From a virus: a stretch of DNA of 64,000 nucleotides. Position numbers and translations under genes: made by a program. This document shows, piece after piece, positions 53,383 through 62,100 of this stretch. The stretch is taken from IMG/VR virus record IMGVR_UViG_3300036817_000162, one strand, 5' to 3'. Position 1 is the stretch's first letter. Each line of letters starts with the position of its first letter. The notes beneath the pieces were generated by a model that was given only the letters and a program-made list of their open reading frames with translations, was not told the DNA's origin and did not search any database.

Positions 53383-54975
53383 GTGGCACCCAACGCACCC
53401 AAGCCCAACCTCGTCGCCCTCCCCGACCTCCCGCCCAAGGGCTCCAAGGGCGGCGGACGCGGCGCCCTCATGGGCCCCGAACTCGGCACCTCGTTCGACA
53501 TGGGTCAAAGGCTTTTTGCCTATTACGGAGACGGGGACGTCTTCGATTACGGGGAGTTTTCCGCTCGCGACATGAAGGGCATGTTCAGCCGCAATGGCAC
53601 CGCCAGCGCCGTCGAGTCCGTGCTGACCCTCCCCATCCGGGAAGCCGACTTCTCGATCGAGCCGGGCAAGGGCGACAAGGGCGAGGCGGAGTTCATCCAG
53701 GGCGTGCTGCTGACCCCGGATACCGAGGGCGGCATGCGGACCCCCATGTCCGAGCTGATCGGGCAGGTTACCAGCGGGCAGATCTTCCGCCGCGCGTTCT
53801 TCGAGAAGACGTTCCGGGTCCGCGAGTCCGACGGCAAGGTCATCTACGACAAGGTGTCCTACCGGCCCCCGGCTACCTGTCAGGCCCGGTACAACGACCG
53901 CTCCGGCGCCCCGAACGGGTTCAGGCAGCAGGTCTGGCTGTTCGGCGGCAACCTGATGACCGACCGGCACCAGAAAGTCCCCGGTTACGTCGACATCCCC
54001 AAGATCCGCTCCTACGTCTACACCCACGGCAAGCACCGGGAGCCGCTGACGGGCGTCTCCGAGATGGAAGTCTCTTACTGGTGTCACCAGACCCAGATGA
54101 AGCTCCTGTTCCTGTGGTACCAGTTCCTGGAGGGGATGGCACTCCAGCGGATCGTCGCCTACGGCAACGACCAGCCTGAGGCCACCGCCCGCGCCGAGGA
54201 CATCGCCCAGCTGCGCGGCTCCGGCGTCGTCGGGCTCATCCACCCCGTCGACGGGCAGAAGGCATTCGAGGCGATCCCCACCCCCGCCAACGCCGGGGAG
54301 TTCTTCACTGCGGCCCTGTCGTTCCTCGCCTCCTGGCAGACCAGCAGCGTCCTCGCCGGGTTCCTCGGCCTCACCAGCGCCGCCACCGGCGGCAAGGGCT
54401 CCTTCAGCCTGTCGCAGGACCAGAGCGACTTCTACCTCAAGTCCCGGCAGGCGGTTGCCAAGGAAATCGCCGAGTCCCTGTCCTATGACATCGTCCGGCC
54501 CCTGATCGTGCTGAACTTCGGCTCCGAGGCCGCGTTCCCCCAGTGCAAGTTCGGACCCCTCCAGGACGAGCAGGCGCAGATCCTCGTCACCCTGTTCGGC
54601 CAGATGTCCGCCGCCCCCGTCCTCCACGTGCCCCTGTCGGTATTCGACCTGATCACCGAGCGGATGGCGTCGATCCTCCAGCTCGACGTCGACCAGGTCC
54701 ACCAGGCCCTCGTGTCCACCGCGTCGCAGCGGGCCGAGCAGCTGGCCGGCAACCCGCCGCCCGGCATGCCCCCCGAGGCCGCCGCCGGGCTCGGCCAGCT
54801 CCAGGGGCTAGCGCAGGCGGGCACCGCCATCGCCCAGCAGGCAGCAGCCCGCCCCGGCGGCGCACCCGGCCTGCGGCCCCCGCCGCCGCCCAGGGTGCAG
54901 CCTGCCGCAGCCGGCCCGCCGCGCCCGCCGCAGGGGCCGCCGATGGCAGGCGGACTGCCGGGAGCGTCACAGTGA
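53383..54975 (+). CDS. portal protein (DUF935/Mu gp29-like)
   Basis: 530 aa; LTLPIREADFSI, GQ....AFFEK, GSFSLSQDQ; Pro/Gly tail; upstream of MuF. Confidence 0.8.
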   Translation: MAPNAPKPNLVALPDLPPKGSKGGGRGALMGPELGTSFDMGQRLFAYYGDGDVFDYGEFSARDMKGMFSRNGTASAVESVLTLPIREADFSIEPGKGDKGEAEFIQGVLLTPDTEGGMRTPMSELIGQVTSGQIFRRAFFEKTFRVRESDGKVIYDKVSYRPPATCQARYNDRSGAPNGFRQQVWLFGGNLMTDRHQKVPGYVDIPKIRSYVYTHGKHREPLTGVSEMEVSYWCHQTQMKLLFLWYQFLEGMALQRIVAYGNDQPEATARAEDIAQLRGSGVVGLIHPVDGQKAFEAIPTPANAGEFFTAALSFLASWQTSSVLAGFLGLTSAATGGKGSFSLSQDQSDFYLKSRQAVAKEIAESLSYDIVRPLIVLNFGSEAAFPQCKFGPLQDEQAQILVTLFGQMSAAPVLHVPLSVFDLITERMASILQLDVDQVHQALVSTASQRAEQLAGNPPPGMPPEAAAGLGQLQGLAQAGTAIAQQAAARPGGAPGLRPPPPPRVQPAAAGPPRPPQGPPMAGGLPGASQ

Positions 54976-55196
54976 CACCGCAGGAGCGGTACGCGGGAGA
55001 CAATAGGAGGCGCCGCGCCCGGACACTAGTGAAAGCTGGGCGTGCCCGTGGTTAGCGTGAACAGCACCGACGAACTCGTCTGGCAGCTACAAGACCAGGT
55101 GCAGCGCCTCACCCGCATGGTCCGCGCCCTGTGCCAGGCGCAGGGCATCGACCCCGACGAGGCCGGCCGCCTCCCCGATGACGTCACGGCCCCCGC

Positions 55197-55454
55197 GTGA
55201 ACACCAGCATCGGGCACGTCGTCTTCGGCGGGCGCCACTTCCCCGTCACCAGCTTGGAGCTGACCGGCGGCGCGATCCGGATCACCTGGGAGATCGCCGG
55301 CCCGTGCCCCGGCGGCACCCACCCTGTCACCGTGTTCGGCCAGGACGGGCAGGGCGTCGCCCAGGCGGGCAGCCACACGGTCCCGGACGTCCCGGATCAC
55401 ACGGTGCTGGTCCTCACCAACATCTGGATCATCGGGGGAGTGACGGACCTGTGA
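55197..55454 (+). CDS. small hypothetical protein
   Basis: GTGA coupled both ends. Confidence 0.5.
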   Translation: MNTSIGHVVFGGRHFPVTSLELTGGAIRITWEIAGPCPGGTHPVTVFGQDGQGVAQAGSHTVPDVPDHTVLVLTNIWIIGGVTDL

Positions 55455-56137
55455 CTACTCCCCCGCAGGGAGCCCAGAATGCCCCCCAGCAGCCCCCGCC
55501 GCCACCCGCCGGGCTCGGTGACGTCGCCGTCGCCACCGCGCTCGCTGTGCTGCTGTCTGCGGCTGCCAGCACCGAGCTGATCATCGCCGGGCTCAAGGCC
55601 CGCTTCATCCTGGGACAGCAGGTGCTGGCCGCCCTGGCCATGACCCTCCCGCTGGTCACGCAGAACCCGCCGCCGGTCACCGGCGTAATCGGCGCCGCGT
55701 CCGCGCAGACCTCCCGGCAGAACCTCGCCCGCCGCGTCCAGTACGTCATCGCCGCGACCAGGCGCGTCCTGGCGGCCACCCGGGAGGCACGCGCCAAAGG
55801 CCAGCCTGCCGGGCCCGCCGTGCAAGCACAGCTGGCCCAGGAGCAGCGCTACTACTCCCAGCACCTCGCCGCGATGTGGCAGCGGTCAGCAGCCGCCGGG
55901 CAGGTCGACATGCAGGCCGCCGAGCACGGCCCGCTGCTCGGCTGGTACTCCCGCCGCGACAAGGTCACCTCCGCCGAGTGCAAGGCCGCCGACGGGTGGA
56001 ACTTCCTCGCCACCGCAGCCCCCAGCATCGGGTTCCCCGGCGCCGTCCACCCGCACTGCCGCTGCATGCCTGGCCCGGCGCACCCCGGCGCCCGGCTGCT
56101 GCCGAGCCGCGCCACGAGATACGCGAGGGCAGCATGA
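55451..56137 (+). CDS. MuF-like minor head protein
   Basis: LGWYS..D...SAEC...PGAVHPHCRC. Confidence 0.75.
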   Translation: MTTPPQGAQNAPQQPPPPPAGLGDVAVATALAVLLSAAASTELIIAGLKARFILGQQVLAALAMTLPLVTQNPPPVTGVIGAASAQTSRQNLARRVQYVIAATRRVLAATREARAKGQPAGPAVQAQLAQEQRYYSQHLAAMWQRSAAAGQVDMQAAEHGPLLGWYSRRDKVTSAECKAADGWNFLATAAPSIGFPGAVHPHCRCMPGPAHPGARLLPSRATRYARAA

Positions 56138-56370
56138 GCGCCCAGGTCATCATTGCGGCGCTGCGCAGGCGGGCGAGGGCGCTGGAGGACTACAGCGAAG
56201 GACCGTTCCTCGTCATCACCGTACATGGCGAGATTATCCCGCTCGATCCGAAGCTGGCCGCCATATTGCGCAGCGTGCTTGTCGGCGAGTTCCGCGCCCT
56301 TGCTGACGAGGCCGAGAGCTGGGAGAGCCCGCCGCCGGTCTCCTTCCCCGGTGGGGAGGCTACGTCATGA
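56134..56370 (+). CDS. hypothetical protein
   Basis: ATGA coupled. Confidence 0.55.
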   Translation: MSAQVIIAALRRRARALEDYSEGPFLVITVHGEIIPLDPKLAAILRSVLVGEFRALADEAESWESPPPVSFPGGEATS

Positions 56371-56735
56371 CGGCACCTAACCCGGGGGAAGGGGCTCGCC
56401 TCGCCGAGCTAGAGGAGCGCAAGGCATGGCGTGACGGGTTCACTGCGCAGCACGGCATGCCGGAGCAGGTCAGCGCCGCCGACGCGCTGGCGCTCGCCTC
56501 GGCTGCGGGTGTTCCCATCGACCCGACTGCGACCGCAGGCGACACCTGGGCCAGCATCTACCGTGATCACGCGGTAGCCGACGCGTGGCTGGAGTCGAAC
56601 CGGGTTCACCACGGTCACCCCACGCTGGCGAAAGTACCGCTGCCGGACGGCCGGGTGATCGGCATCCTCGACTTGCGCCCGGCGATGGAGCGCATGACCG
56701 GCAGTGGAATACCGAACGCGGAGGTGCGGCCATGA
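56367..56735 (+). CDS. hypothetical protein
   Basis: ATGA coupled. Confidence 0.55.
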   Translation: MTAPNPGEGARLAELEERKAWRDGFTAQHGMPEQVSAADALALASAAGVPIDPTATAGDTWASIYRDHAVADAWLESNRVHHGHPTLAKVPLPDGRVIGILDLRPAMERMTGSGIPNAEVRP

Positions 56736-58852
56736 CGCCCCGGACGACGGCCAACCCGAAGGTAAGGGCAGGGACTGGTTCAACTCCAGCAGTAACGGCA
56801 GGCGATCGGGGAGCCAATTCCGTGCCTCCTGCTGCCCCGTCCAGGCGTCGCGGCTTCACCCCGCTGACCCCGATGCGCGTGCAGACGGCCAAGTCGATGA
56901 GCAGGCTCGCGAACCGGATCCAGCGGGACGCCCCCGACGCCCCCGCCCTCCAGCATGTTCGCGACGCCGCCCGGACCCTCCGCGCCGGGCAGGAGGAGGC
57001 ATCGCAGCGGCACCTGCGTGCCGCGATGTTCAGTCTCACCCCGCAGTCGCTGATGCGGAACGGCCAGCACACCGACGACCTGCACACCCAGGCCCGCGAC
57101 ATGATGCACGACGTGCACCGTCACCTCCTGCTGGTCAAGGACATCACCGACGTCAACGAGCGGAACCAGGACAACATCCGGCGGGCATCCTACGGTGACG
57201 ACACCGGCTCCCCGCAGCTCCCCCACCCGGCGTTCCAGGCGAACCCGAACAACGGCTACGGGCCCGGTGCGCTCGCGCAGAAGCCAACCGCCCGGCAGCC
57301 GCCCGGCGACCAGGCGCTCAACGCCCCTAACCGGGCTGACGGCGGCGGCAGCGACCCGGCGGTCGCGGAGATCCGCGTGGTGACCAGCGGCGGCCCCCGG
57401 TCCGGCAAGCAGATCGCGGCGAGCAACACGGAGACGAGCATGTACTACGACTGGGATGACCTGGCTGCCGTGGTGGTCGAGCTGACCGGCCCGAAGGGGT
57501 GGAGTCACGGCTGGGTGTACCACGGCGTCCCCGGTATGGTCGCACCGGGCAAGCACGACCCGCGCTCGGTCATCGCGGTCGGCGGCGGCCGGAAGAACTG
57601 GACGGGCGAGGCATCCCAGATGCCCGACCGGGGCGCCCGCCGTGACTTCCCTGAGATCAGCAAGCGGATGCGGATGATCACCCCGGAACGGTTGCAGCAG
57701 GCGCGCAGCGACGACCTGCGGATCGGCAACGGCCTGGCGCCGCTTCACCCGGAGCTAGCCCAGGTCTGGCCCGACGTGTACGGGAAAGCCGCCGGGGTCA
57801 CCGCCGCCGCCCGCCCCCTGACCCTGCCGGAGGCACCACGGGTCAAGCCGGACCCCGGGTCGATAACCGGCCTGGAAAGCCCCAACGTGTCCTACATCAA
57901 GGCGGCGGTCAAGCAGAGCCTCGGCATGCTGGCGAACGACCAGCGGGCCGCAGCGGAGCTGTCCGCGAAGACCGCCGCCCTGGAGGTCACCCCGGCACCC
58001 TACGGCAAGCCCGGCGGCCCCGGCCTCTACAACATCAAGGGCAACAAGCACTCCGATTACCTGGAGCAGGTCGTCAAGGCGCTGATGGAGAAGCGCGGCA
58101 TGGACAAGGGGCACGCCACCGCCATCGCCTACAGCGCCCTCAAGAAGTGGTCGGCCGGCGGCGGCAACGTCCACCCGGAGGTCCGCGCCGCAGCCACCGG
58201 CGCCCTCGCGGAGGAGAAGGCCAAGGGCGCCGCCGCCAGGGCCGTCCACGGGCACGCCACCTGGGCAACCCTGGACCGGGCGGTCCTCCTGGCGGTGTCT
58301 GGCCCCCGGCGCGCTATCTCGCTGACCGGCACGGCGGCGGGCGCGGCGCAAGACTCCCGTACCCCGCTCGGCACGTTCGGTACCGGCGGCAGCAAGCCGG
58401 ACGCCCACCAGCAGCACGTCGCCCACCAGCAGCACGTGGCCGCGCAGAAGAACCAGCAGGGCAAGAGCGCCGGATCGCAGAAAGCATCCAAGTCCGCGCA
58501 GCTCACCGGCCTGAAGAAGCAGCTCGCCGGCCTCCAGGCACAGCAGAAGACCCTCCAGGCGGAGCTGGCCAGCGCCTCCGGCGCCACCAGCAGCGGCCAG
58601 TCCGGGTCCACCACCAGCACCGGCAGCTCAACCACCTCCAGTGGCAGCTCCACCACGGCCAGCACCGCCCCGGCCGCCTCCAGCACGGCGAGCACCACCC
58701 CGTCCTCGTCGTCGAGCACTACCTCGTCGTCGTCCAGCAGCAGCTCCCCGTCGGCGGCGCAGGTCGCGACGTGGAAAGCGCAGCTCGCCCAGGTGACAGC
58801 GCAGATCGGGCAGGTCCAGGCGAAGATCAAGCAGCTCGGCGGGACACCATGA
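56732..58852 (+). CDS. large head-associated protein with Ser/Thr-rich coiled-coil C-terminus
   Basis: GGAGG RBS, ATG 56732; ELTGPKGWSHGW; AL..KRGM....AIA..A.KKW; poly-Ser tract. Confidence 0.7.
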   Translation: MTPRTTANPKVRAGTGSTPAVTAGDRGANSVPPAAPSRRRGFTPLTPMRVQTAKSMSRLANRIQRDAPDAPALQHVRDAARTLRAGQEEASQRHLRAAMFSLTPQSLMRNGQHTDDLHTQARDMMHDVHRHLLLVKDITDVNERNQDNIRRASYGDDTGSPQLPHPAFQANPNNGYGPGALAQKPTARQPPGDQALNAPNRADGGGSDPAVAEIRVVTSGGPRSGKQIAASNTETSMYYDWDDLAAVVVELTGPKGWSHGWVYHGVPGMVAPGKHDPRSVIAVGGGRKNWTGEASQMPDRGARRDFPEISKRMRMITPERLQQARSDDLRIGNGLAPLHPELAQVWPDVYGKAAGVTAAARPLTLPEAPRVKPDPGSITGLESPNVSYIKAAVKQSLGMLANDQRAAAELSAKTAALEVTPAPYGKPGGPGLYNIKGNKHSDYLEQVVKALMEKRGMDKGHATAIAYSALKKWSAGGGNVHPEVRAAATGALAEEKAKGAAARAVHGHATWATLDRAVLLAVSGPRRAISLTGTAAGAAQDSRTPLGTFGTGGSKPDAHQQHVAHQQHVAAQKNQQGKSAGSQKASKSAQLTGLKKQLAGLQAQQKTLQAELASASGATSSGQSGSTTSTGSSTTSSGSSTTASTAPAASSTASTTPSSSSSTTSSSSSSSSPSAAQVATWKAQLAQVTAQIGQVQAKIKQLGGTP

Positions 58853-59169
58853 CCGGGAGCCTCGCCCGGCGGGCCGGGGAACTGGACCCAGAGTGGGTCA
58901 TGGTGGGCGTGGACGTCCCGGCCGGGAAGCGCCTGTACGCCAGCCGGGACCTGAAGGGCTCCGCGTTCGCCGTCGCCATGGGCGAGCATGACCTGAGCGC
59001 GGACGGCTGGCACCTCACCACCACCCTCCAGCGGATGCTCGTCATCACCAAGCCCACCTACAACGAGTGCCTGGCTGAGCTGATGACGATCTGGCAGAAC
59101 TGGGACAACAACGCGGAGCGGGAGCTAGCCGCCACCGCCCGGAAGGCGCTGCCCACGGGGGGCACGTGA
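58849..59169 (+). CDS. hypothetical protein
   Basis: ATGA and GTGA coupled. Confidence 0.65.
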   Translation: MTGSLARRAGELDPEWVMVGVDVPAGKRLYASRDLKGSAFAVAMGEHDLSADGWHLTTTLQRMLVITKPTYNECLAELMTIWQNWDNNAERELAATARKALPTGGT

Positions 59170-62100
59170 CCGTCACGCTGGGCGAGCTTGATCTGGCGTG
59201 GTCAGCGGCAACCCGCGCCGCAGCGCACGCGAAGGCCCACGCCACCGCCCGCGCGCACGCCCTCGCGGAGCTGCGCGACGGCCACGGCCGGTGGGTAACC
59301 GGACCGGAGCACAACGACGCGCTCGACGCCGTCGCCACTGGCCGCCACGCCGGGTCGGTACGCCTCCACGACCACGTCCTCTACGGCAAGACCGAGCCGA
59401 CCCCGAACAGGTTCGGCCTCCAGCAGCGGTCGGTGCCGATGGAGGTCACCGGGCTGCATCATCACTGGGAGGGCAGCGGGAAGCGGCGTAAGCGGTTCAC
59501 CGACATGGACCTGCTCGACCCCGACACCGGGCAGACGGTCAGCGAGTCGGTAAAGGACGGCGTCTCCGTCAAGCTGTACCCCCGTGAGGACGTGCACGCC
59601 CTCCAGGCGGCGGAGCGCAAGAGCGGGCAGGCGCCACCGGAGCCCGCCGCGCCGTCCCAGCTCAACCCGGCGTACAGCGACTGGAAATGGCCGACGGACG
59701 CGACTGAGAAGCCACCACCGAAGCCGCCTGCCCCACCGAAGCCGCCGCCCGCAGCACCGAAGCCAGCGCCGGTCCAGACGATCGCCCAGCAGGTAGCCCC
59801 GCCGCCTGCCCCGGCTCCCAGTCACAGCTCGATGGACATCGCCCGCAGGCAAATCGACCCCACCGGGCTCAGCCCGGCCGAGCGCGAGGCGGCGGCCACC
59901 GAGTACGCCCGGATGATCGACACGGTGCCGGACCTCGCGCCCATCTTCGCGACCACCAAGATCAGCTTCGTCGACCACCTGGGAAGCACCGGGCTGGCAG
60001 CCCCGCACAAGATCTCCCTCGACTCCTCGCTGATCCACGACCCGGCCCGGATGAATGCCCTGGTGGCGAACCGGGGCGAAAAAGGCTGGGGCAAGAACTT
60101 CATGGCCGAGGCACCCCAGGCCACCGGCCCGTACTCCGGCCTCCGCTATGTCATCACGCACGAGTCCGGGCACGTCCTGTCGTGGCGGCTCAACGAGAAG
60201 CCCGGTGGCGCCATCGCCGCCGAACGGGCTGTCGCCGGGGCACTGGCCGGCCACGACTTCCCCCCCGGGACCAGGGGGCTGCACCAGGCGCAGGCCGTGC
60301 TGTCAGACCGGAAGGTGACCGCGCAGATCTCCGGTTACGCGCACCGGACATGGGAGGAGCTGAACGGGGAGGTGTTCGCCGCCTACTCCCTCGGCGGCAC
60401 CGGGAAAGCGGCGGCGGCAGGCAAGGCCCTCGCCGACACCGCCCGGCAGGGGGCAGTGTCCCCGGACCTGACCCGGGAGGACCGGGCAGCGGAACGCGAG
60501 ATCGCGACCAGGGCGAACGCCCCGTCCACCTCGGCGGTGCGCCAGCAGCTGGAGCACGAGGCGGACAACCTCACGCCCACGTCAGCACCCAAGGCCCCCG
60601 CTGGCGTGACGGCGACCCCCGGCGCAATGGCACCCGCAGGCGACTACCCCGGCGCCCCGCAGGTCAGTCAGCACTCCCTCGACCTGGCCCGGAGCATGAC
60701 CGACGAGTACGGCGACGGGATCACCCCGGAGCTGCACGAGGTGGCGTCACGGGAAATGGCGAAGCTGCTTGATGCCGTGCCTGCCGCCCGGGACCTGATC
60801 GCTAGCAGGGACCCGAGGCTGGCCAACCACATGGGCATCGCGCTGCACTGGGAAAAGGACCTGATCAAGAACGAGAACGCCACCGGCGCCACCAGTCTGC
60901 GCCAGGGCATGTCCCTCGACCCGCTGCTGCTCACCGACGCCGCCGCGCAGGACGCCGACAGGAAACAGCAGCTCGGCCTCCCCCCGATCCAGTCGGTATA
61001 CGCCGACGAGCCCGGCAACACCGGCAGTTACCAGGCGTTCCGTGATGTCCTCACCCACGAGTTCGGGCACGTGCTGGCCATCAAGGCACAATGGTCGGTC
61101 TTGCACCCCGAGGTCGCCGAGAGCATGCACCGGGAGATCGCCACCGCCCTGGCCGGCCACCCTGCCGGGCCGGGCGACTGGACCAGTGAGCTGACCCGTG
61201 TCGGCGCGGAGGTTGACGGGTACGCGGCAGCTGACCCGCAGGAATCCCTGGCGGAGATGTTCGACGTCGCAATGTTCGGCGGCCACCCGCCCGCCGCCCG
61301 CCAGGTCGGGCAGATCCTGGCCAGGTACGCCAACGCCGGGCAGGCAGTGAACCTCGCGAACGAGGACCCCCCGCTGCCACCAGCCTGGGACCTGTGCCAG
61401 GGTCGCACGTTCAGCCGGGCGGAGGCCGCTCTGCTGCGGGAGAAGTCGCAGCTCGGCTGCTCAGGCTTCCCGCGTGACAGTGAGCCCCGGGAGTTCGGCT
61501 GGCGGTACAACCCGCTGGAGCACCGCAACGCCCACGGCGAGTGGTCCCGGATAGGCGCCGACGCCGACAAGGTGCTCTCCGGCATGAGCTGGTCGGACAA
61601 GGGCAGCCCGTACAAGGCCCCGCCCGCCGACCGGGCCAACAAGCTCGGCGCGAAGGCATCCGGCAACGGGTTCATCAAGAAGTACGGGCTGGCCGCCGCC
61701 CACGTCGTCGCCGCCTATGACGCGGCGACACCCGATGAGCGCGACCAGGGGATGCGCTGGTACAGCGACGCCCACGACGTCGCCCAGAAGCTCGGCGGCG
61801 GCGACGCGGACAAGGGCGCCGCGATGATGTCCGCGTTCAGCGTGCAAACCGACTGGGCGACCGACGTGATGAACTCCGCCCACACCCTCACGAACGGGCA
61901 GGTCCCCGAGCACGGCGTGGGCATCACCGGCGCGGTCCGCGACCGGGCGCAGAAAATCCTCGCTGCCAAGACCAGCAGCGATATCGAGAAGCTGTTCCCC
62001 GAGGCGGGATCGTCGAAGACCCGCTCGTTCTACCACCTGATCCGCAACGGCGGCGACACCCCCGGCGACGACGAGGGCGCCGTGGTCATCGACCGGCACG

